Assembly (NCBI GenBank): GCA_964016885.1
Contig: OZ024747.1
Location: forward strand, 13,888,001 to 13,952,000
Reading direction: 5' to 3'
Length of the DNA: 64,000 bases
Source: Eledone cirrhosa
Lineage: Eukaryota
The notes beneath the pieces were generated by a model, which ran no database searches, was not told where the DNA came from, and worked only from the letters and a program-made list of their open reading frames with translations. A program made the translations under genes and the position numbers. Shown here piece after piece: positions 62,193-64,000 of the stretch (its first letter is position 1; each line of letters opens with the position of its first letter).

Positions 62193-64000
62193 GGAGGCAC
62201 ATGGCTTAATGGTTAGAGCATTGGCCTTGCAATCGAAAGGTTGTGAGTTCAATTCTCAGACCGGGTGATGTGTTGTTTCCTTGAGCAAGACACTTTATTT
62301 CACATTGCTCCAGTTTACTCAGCTGTAGAAATGAGATGCTAGGGACTGGGGTCCATATCATTCCACTGCAAAGTAGTCGTGGAGGTGCCACGGCAAAAAA
62401 GCACCCAGCACTCACTGTACCCTTGCAAGCAGGGAAAAAGTGGACATAAAATGAAATGATGATGATATATACAGCAAATTGACAGTCATCAGAACCTTGG
62501 ATTAAAATGCTTTGTGGTATTTGATCCAGCTCTCTGCACTGAGTTCAAATCTGAATAAATATACAGTCTTGTTTTTTGCATTTTTTGTTAATATATGCAT
62601 GTATGTAAATATATGTATATTTCATTCTTTAAAATAGGACATTGCCACGATTCCAGCAGTGGCCAACCTCCCCGTGGACTGCAGTTTACTCTCGGTGCCA
62701 ATAACTCTGCTGCCTTTGTTGATACCATTGTCATGGCAAATTTAGTACGTTCTAGAAATTTTATCATTTTGAAAAAAAATATATTTGTTTTTGCATCATT
62801 TGAATTTAATTTAATGAAATTCAATTTATTTTCATTCTAAAAAAAATTACAAAAAATCACACACACCCCACATACACACACACAAAAAAATACTGATTAG
62901 GGGTGAGAATTTTATTTCGTTCATTGCTTTTTAAAGAAATTTGAAAATTCTTTTTGCAAAGAAACTTATAAAAAGGGTTGTTGTTAATTCTGTTTAGTAG
63001 GTTAGCTCTGATTAAGTAGATCTATGAAAAAAAGGAGATAAACCTTGACCTGACCATCTCATCTTATACTTGTCCAAGGTTCCACTGTGTGGCATGTTGG
63101 GCAATTGTCTTTTGCTATAGCCTTGGGTTGATCAATATCCTGTGAGTGGAATTTGGTAGATAAGATGGGGTTGTAAATATTGAGGTAACAAACACAGGTG
63201 ATGAAACAAAGAATTGAGTTGGGTGGAGGAAGAAGAAACAAAAACAGAGATAATGTTATCTTGCCTCTGTTTCAGATGTACTGACATTCTCTGAAGTTTC
63301 ATTTGGACCCCTTGACAATGGTTGATACATCCGAAATATAGGGACCTATGAATATTTCCAAAGTAACCTTATCTCTGCCTGGTTCTTTTCTTTTTTACTT
63401 TTTCTCTTCCTTTTCTTCTCTCTGTTTCTTCATCTGAGTCTTAATATCTTCACCTTATCTGCATTGTATTGGCTTCTTAAACACAACCAATTTTCGTATT
63501 CCACAAGGATTCAACAAACTATAATACTCCCCTGTTTTAATTTAAATAGGAAATCTTTAACCCTTTAGCATTTATATTACTCTATATTTACTATTGTATT
63601 TTCACAGTAAACATTTTATTCCACATAATTATCTCACATAATATTCAATCTATGAGATTTTGATATTATTTATTTTGAGAACTATACCTTAACAGAAGTA
63701 TGAGCAGCTGGTTACAGCTGGTTTGAACAGAAAGAGGTGAGAGAATTCTCCCCGGATATGGCTGGTTTAAATGCTAAAGGGTTGAAATAACTCTTTAAAA
63801 TGGGTGTTTTTGTTTCATAAAACCAGGGGCAGTTTGGGGTGAGTTGGTATCAAAAGAGTTAAATATCTTACAACTCCCTGCTGACCATTTGTTTACTTAA
63901 TTACACTCATGCTGCATAAATATAATTCTTATCACTGTTTTTCTTTTTTCTTTCTCATTTTAATAGGGCTATTTTCAGTTGAAAGCCTATCCTGGAGTTT
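28632..64000 (+). CDS. UGGT: UDP-glucose:glycoprotein glucosyltransferase, N-terminal part (signal peptide, thioredoxin-like and beta-sandwich regions); 31 coding exons in window, continues beyond 64000
   Basis: Spliced translation has UGGT motifs AKWNSTPLVLEASEFL, LSGYAVELAIKSTEYKAKDD, MKVWQLQDLS, ISQNFP, YVNDLEKD..Y..W, FYRYVL, PESWLVEAV..YDLDNI, EFELEYLLLEGHC, GQPPRGLQFTLG, DTIVMANLGYFQLKA; all 30 GT-AG introns phase-consistent. Confidence 0.95.
29817..29936 (-). mobile_element. (TA)n-embedded fold-back element, copy 1 (Penelope-like terminal remnant)
   Basis: Shared body with copies 2 and 3; perfect 48-bp palindrome 29886-29933 centred on GAGCTC. Confidence 0.6.
30117..30290 (-). mobile_element. 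Fold-back element, copy 2
   Basis: Same body; 29-bp inverted arms 30195-30223 and 30262-30290. Confidence 0.6.
30622..30784 (+). ncRNA. Type I hammerhead ribozyme with long stem II insert
   Basis: Stem I AAACCT/AGGTTT, core CTGATGA (30634-40), stem II GTACCTG/CAGGTAT, GAAA (30762-65), palindromic stem III ATAGCGCTAT, cleavage triplet AUA. Confidence 0.75.
31067..31258 (+). mobile_element. Fold-back element, copy 3
   Basis: 53-bp perfect arms 31067-31119 and 31126-31178; flanked by (TA)n on both sides. Confidence 0.65.
31273..31662 (+). mobile_element. RTE-clade LINE 3' end
   Basis: LSKTMTVDRDLW..EVVQKTR followed by the same 3' UTR and (ATG)n tail. Confidence 0.7.
31737..31772 (-). ncRNA. 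Minimal Penelope-type hammerhead motif, same family as 57868
   Basis: Reverse complement reads CTGATGA-A-GGACTAGTGTCT-GAAACGTTAAGA. Confidence 0.5.
32905..33386. mobile_element. piggyBac-like MITE family A, expanded by internal ~60-bp tandem repeats
   Basis: TTAA..CCTTTAGCATTTA / TAAATGCTAAAGGG-TTAA termini. Confidence 0.75.
33585..33990 (-). mobile_element. Two tandem SINE family 2 copies
   Basis: Reverse-complement homology to 8083-8277. Confidence 0.75.
34388..34515 (+). CDS. UGGT: UGGT exon 2 (signal peptide core)
   Basis: VLSSAATCVAILLFLGNVDTKQNYVDVSLSAKWNSTPLVLEAS. Confidence 0.9.
35315..35400 (+). CDS. UGGT: UGGT exon 3
   Basis: EFLYRENEDYFWRFVDDI. Confidence 0.9.
35705..36110 (-). 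mobile_element. RTE 3' UTR copy
   Basis: (CAT)n then homology to 31273-31662 and 61292-61850. Confidence 0.7.
37345..37738 (+). mobile_element. Two tandem RTE 3' UTR fragments
   Basis: AACCCATGC..GGACATTAAACGATGATG tails; homologous to 52115-52380. Confidence 0.65.
38218..38348 (+). CDS. UGGT: UGGT exon 4
   Basis: YLSSLQLNLLKLTLSLRVHSPDVEMYSQ. Confidence 0.9.
38587..39092 (+). mobile_element. 5'-truncated CR1/L2-group LINE 3' end
   Basis: ORF LPYSECLASLGMDSLKLRRL..HFFTLRVAEAWNKLPASVV..FK is typical of the CR1-group ORF2 C-terminus; (TTA)n tail. Confidence 0.8.
39432..39571 (+). CDS. UGGT: UGGT exon 5
   Basis: LAQEE..CDVFVNIHGEITC. Confidence 0.88.
39755..39929 (+). CDS. UGGT: UGGT exon 6
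   Basis: YKFDHHYP..VILYAQLG..FHQYL..NYVFRHYI. Confidence 0.92.
41009..41105 (+). CDS. UGGT: UGGT exon 7
   Basis: VYLSGYAVELAIKSTEYKAKDDTKVE. Confidence 0.93.
41899..41974 (+). CDS. UGGT: UGGT exon 8
   Basis: EEDDNWEQELKGFNFQKL. Confidence 0.88.
42506..42706. mobile_element. piggyBac-like MITE family A
   Basis: TTAA target sites and CCCTTTA terminal inverted repeat. Confidence 0.75.
42792..42892 (+). CDS. UGGT: UGGT exon 9
   Basis: QLYPDLK..LTPMKVWQLQ. Confidence 0.92.
43541..43768. mobile_element. piggyBac-like MITE family A
   Basis: TTAACCCTTTAGCATTTA ... TAAATGCTAAAGGG. Confidence 0.8.
44213..44312 (+). CDS. UGGT: UGGT exon 10
   Basis: DLSLQAAQK..ISQNFPVQAR. Confidence 0.92.
44757..44817 (+). 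CDS. UGGT: UGGT exon 11
   Basis: SLVRTSVSSELRSEIVKNQK. Confidence 0.9.
45212..45435. mobile_element. piggyBac-like MITE family A
   Basis: Intact TTAA-CCCTTTAGCATTTA ... TAAATGCTAAAGGG-TTAA. Confidence 0.85.
45604..45759 (+). CDS. UGGT: UGGT exon 12
   Basis: PGECALFLNGISIDVEVYDIYTILD..MEGL. Confidence 0.92.
46875..46961 (+). CDS. UGGT: UGGT exon 13
   Basis: EEILNKLVKLDL..DYVLDFRHSSIV. Confidence 0.88.
47041..47255. mobile_element. piggyBac-like MITE family A
   Basis: Same body and slightly diverged termini. Confidence 0.75.
47369..47488 (+). CDS. UGGT: UGGT exon 14
   Basis: YVNDLEKDTKYRRWSRSMQEMLRPTFPGMLRHIAKNIFHM. Confidence 0.93.
48243..48328 (+). CDS. UGGT: UGGT exon 15
   Basis: VFVLDP..AEAFFVHSAPVR. 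Confidence 0.92.
49205..50135. repeat. 45-bp minisatellite, about 21 units
   Basis: Unit TTTTGTGTAAATGTTAGAAATTAATAGGATTGTAGCAATGAACTA. Confidence 0.95.
50202..50337 (+). CDS. UGGT: UGGT exon 16
   Basis: IGIVF..DGFSDAGVAIARAFQYI. Confidence 0.92.
51117..51242 (+). CDS. UGGT: UGGT exon 17
   Basis: LYDKQKDD..VFGDDDDYDDLRK. Confidence 0.88.
51712..51876 (+). CDS. UGGT: UGGT exon 18
   Basis: GLSDFPQVLLNGIP..QRAVYH. Confidence 0.92.
52115..52380 (+). mobile_element. RTE 3' UTR copy (young)
   Basis: Near-identical to the reverse complement of 61292-61565. Confidence 0.75.
52563..52686 (+). CDS. UGGT: UGGT exon 19
   Basis: GELSD..LMEKDNVLPRINSRIL..YLDLT. Confidence 0.92.
53291..53389 (+). CDS. 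UGGT: UGGT exon 20
   Basis: GKNVFHD..MANSILYMTRK; phase 1-1. Confidence 0.85.
53866..53960 (+). CDS. UGGT: UGGT exon 21
   Basis: IRPVSMWIVTDLETVKGRQLVYTAIK. Confidence 0.92.
54114..54317 (+). CDS. UGGT: UGGT exon 22
   Basis: SSNMRFGIVYNP..NFVTKLVKEE. Confidence 0.92.
54436..54567 (+). CDS. UGGT: UGGT exon 23
   Basis: GMD..LSLPPGAHAIIGNGK. Confidence 0.92.
54677..54900 (+). mobile_element. SINE family 2 copy
   Basis: Homology to 8083-8277. Confidence 0.75.
55080..55210 (+). CDS. UGGT: UGGT exon 24
   Basis: VIGPLKEDELFIQEDFSLFE. Confidence 0.92.
55282..55785. repeat. 32-bp minisatellite
   Basis: Unit ACAGAACACAGAATAGTAGGTTACACACCACT, homogeneous centre and diverged edges. Confidence 0.9.
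55990..56085 (+). CDS. UGGT: UGGT exon 25
   Basis: ASDLVMKIASLLSS. Confidence 0.9.
56194..56380 (+). mobile_element. SINE family 2 copy
   Basis: Near-identical to 8083-8277. Confidence 0.75.
56895..57230 (-). mobile_element. tRNA-derived SINE
   Basis: Reverse complement of the 62193 element with extra internal segments. Confidence 0.8.
57868..57903 (+). ncRNA. Minimal Penelope-type hammerhead motif
   Basis: TCTT-CTGAAGA-A-GGAC tagt GTCT-GAAA-CGT-T-AAGA; homologous copy at 31737-31772 on - strand. Confidence 0.55.
58068..58170 (+). CDS. UGGT: UGGT exon 26
   Basis: FEVEVIMDPVSREAQKLIPIL. Confidence 0.92.
58803..58882 (+). CDS. UGGT: UGGT exon 27
   Basis: NMNIKIFMNCKDKLSELPL. Confidence 0.92.
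59155..59385. repeat. ~55-60-bp G-rich tandem repeat, about 4 units
   Basis: ACATCTGACCTGAGCCTAT.ACCAGCTGTG + G-run. Confidence 0.7.
59387..59470 (+). mobile_element. Possible mariner-type terminal fragment
   Basis: TA-TGAGG..CTGAAAGGTTC start resembles mariner inverted repeats; no partner end found. Confidence 0.35.
59736..59922 (+). CDS. UGGT: UGGT exon 28
   Basis: FYRYVLDPE..PESWLVEAVKSPYDLDNIMLEE. Confidence 0.94.
59963..60107 (+). mobile_element. Short RTE 3' UTR copy (young)
   Basis: Near-identical to 52240-52380. Confidence 0.7.
60327..60660. repeat. Long inverted repeat (~130-bp arms, 66-bp spacer) flanked by TA repeats
   Basis: 60327-60464 is the reverse complement of 60531-60660 apart from a short duplication and one substitution. 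Confidence 0.9.
60821..60872 (+). CDS. UGGT: UGGT exon 29
   Basis: VSAEFELEYLLLE. Confidence 0.92.
60945..61285 (-). mobile_element. Degenerate RTE reverse transcriptase fragment
   Basis: Minus strand KGFSLRMKDKLY..C.*TAMLHGRETWALT with in-frame stop. Confidence 0.65.
61292..61850 (-). mobile_element. 5'-truncated RTE-clade LINE 3' end with (ATG)n tail
   Basis: Minus strand encodes GRPRKTWDELI..DRDLWR, followed by the 3' UTR motif AGGAAGGGCATCCA and a (GAT)n tail. Confidence 0.75.
62193..62465 (+). mobile_element. tRNA-derived SINE
   Basis: A-box TGGCTTAATGG, B-box GAGTTCAATTC, (ATG)n tail; near-identical inverted copy at 56895-57230. Confidence 0.8.
62638..62744 (+). CDS. UGGT: UGGT exon 30
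   Basis: GHCHDSSSGQPPRGLQFTLG..DTIVMANL. Confidence 0.94.
63305..63346 (+). ncRNA. Minimal hammerhead variant with U3-A8 core
   Basis: CCC-TTGACAA-T-GGTTG ata CATCC-GAAA-TAT-A-GGG. Confidence 0.4.
63557..63785. mobile_element. piggyBac-like MITE family A
   Basis: Same body and termini. Confidence 0.8.
63967..64000 (+). CDS. UGGT: UGGT exon 31 (truncated by window end)
   Basis: aatag|GYFQLKAYPGV. Confidence 0.9.

Noticed and set aside
62193-62270. tRNA gene
   Set aside because: The tRNA-like head continues into a SINE body present in several copies, and no complete cloverleaf is evident

Overview
AT-rich, microsatellite-dense animal genomic DNA; the repeat families and gene style suggest a coleoid cephalopod such as Octopus (inference). 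Two spliced + strand genes were assembled by hand from splice sites and phase checks. (1) The 3' part of WDR47 (524-22400): a low-complexity linker, the C-terminal WD40 propeller and the stop codon, with two candidate cassette exons, one using a GC donor. (2) The first 31 coding exons of a UDP-glucose:glycoprotein glucosyltransferase (UGGT, 28632 to beyond 64000); the catalytic GT24 domain lies outside the window. Introns hold tRNA-derived SINEs, RTE and CR1-type LINE 3' fragments, TTAA-flanked piggyBac-like MITEs and minisatellites. The most unusual signal is a set of hammerhead-ribozyme motifs. One is an apparently complete sense-strand type I hammerhead with a ~107-nt stem II insert in UGGT intron 1 (30622-30784). 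There are also several minimal Penelope-type hammerheads, and (TA)n-embedded fold-back elements whose palindrome axes sit on hammerhead stem loops. All calls are from reading the sequence; no searches or folding programs were run.
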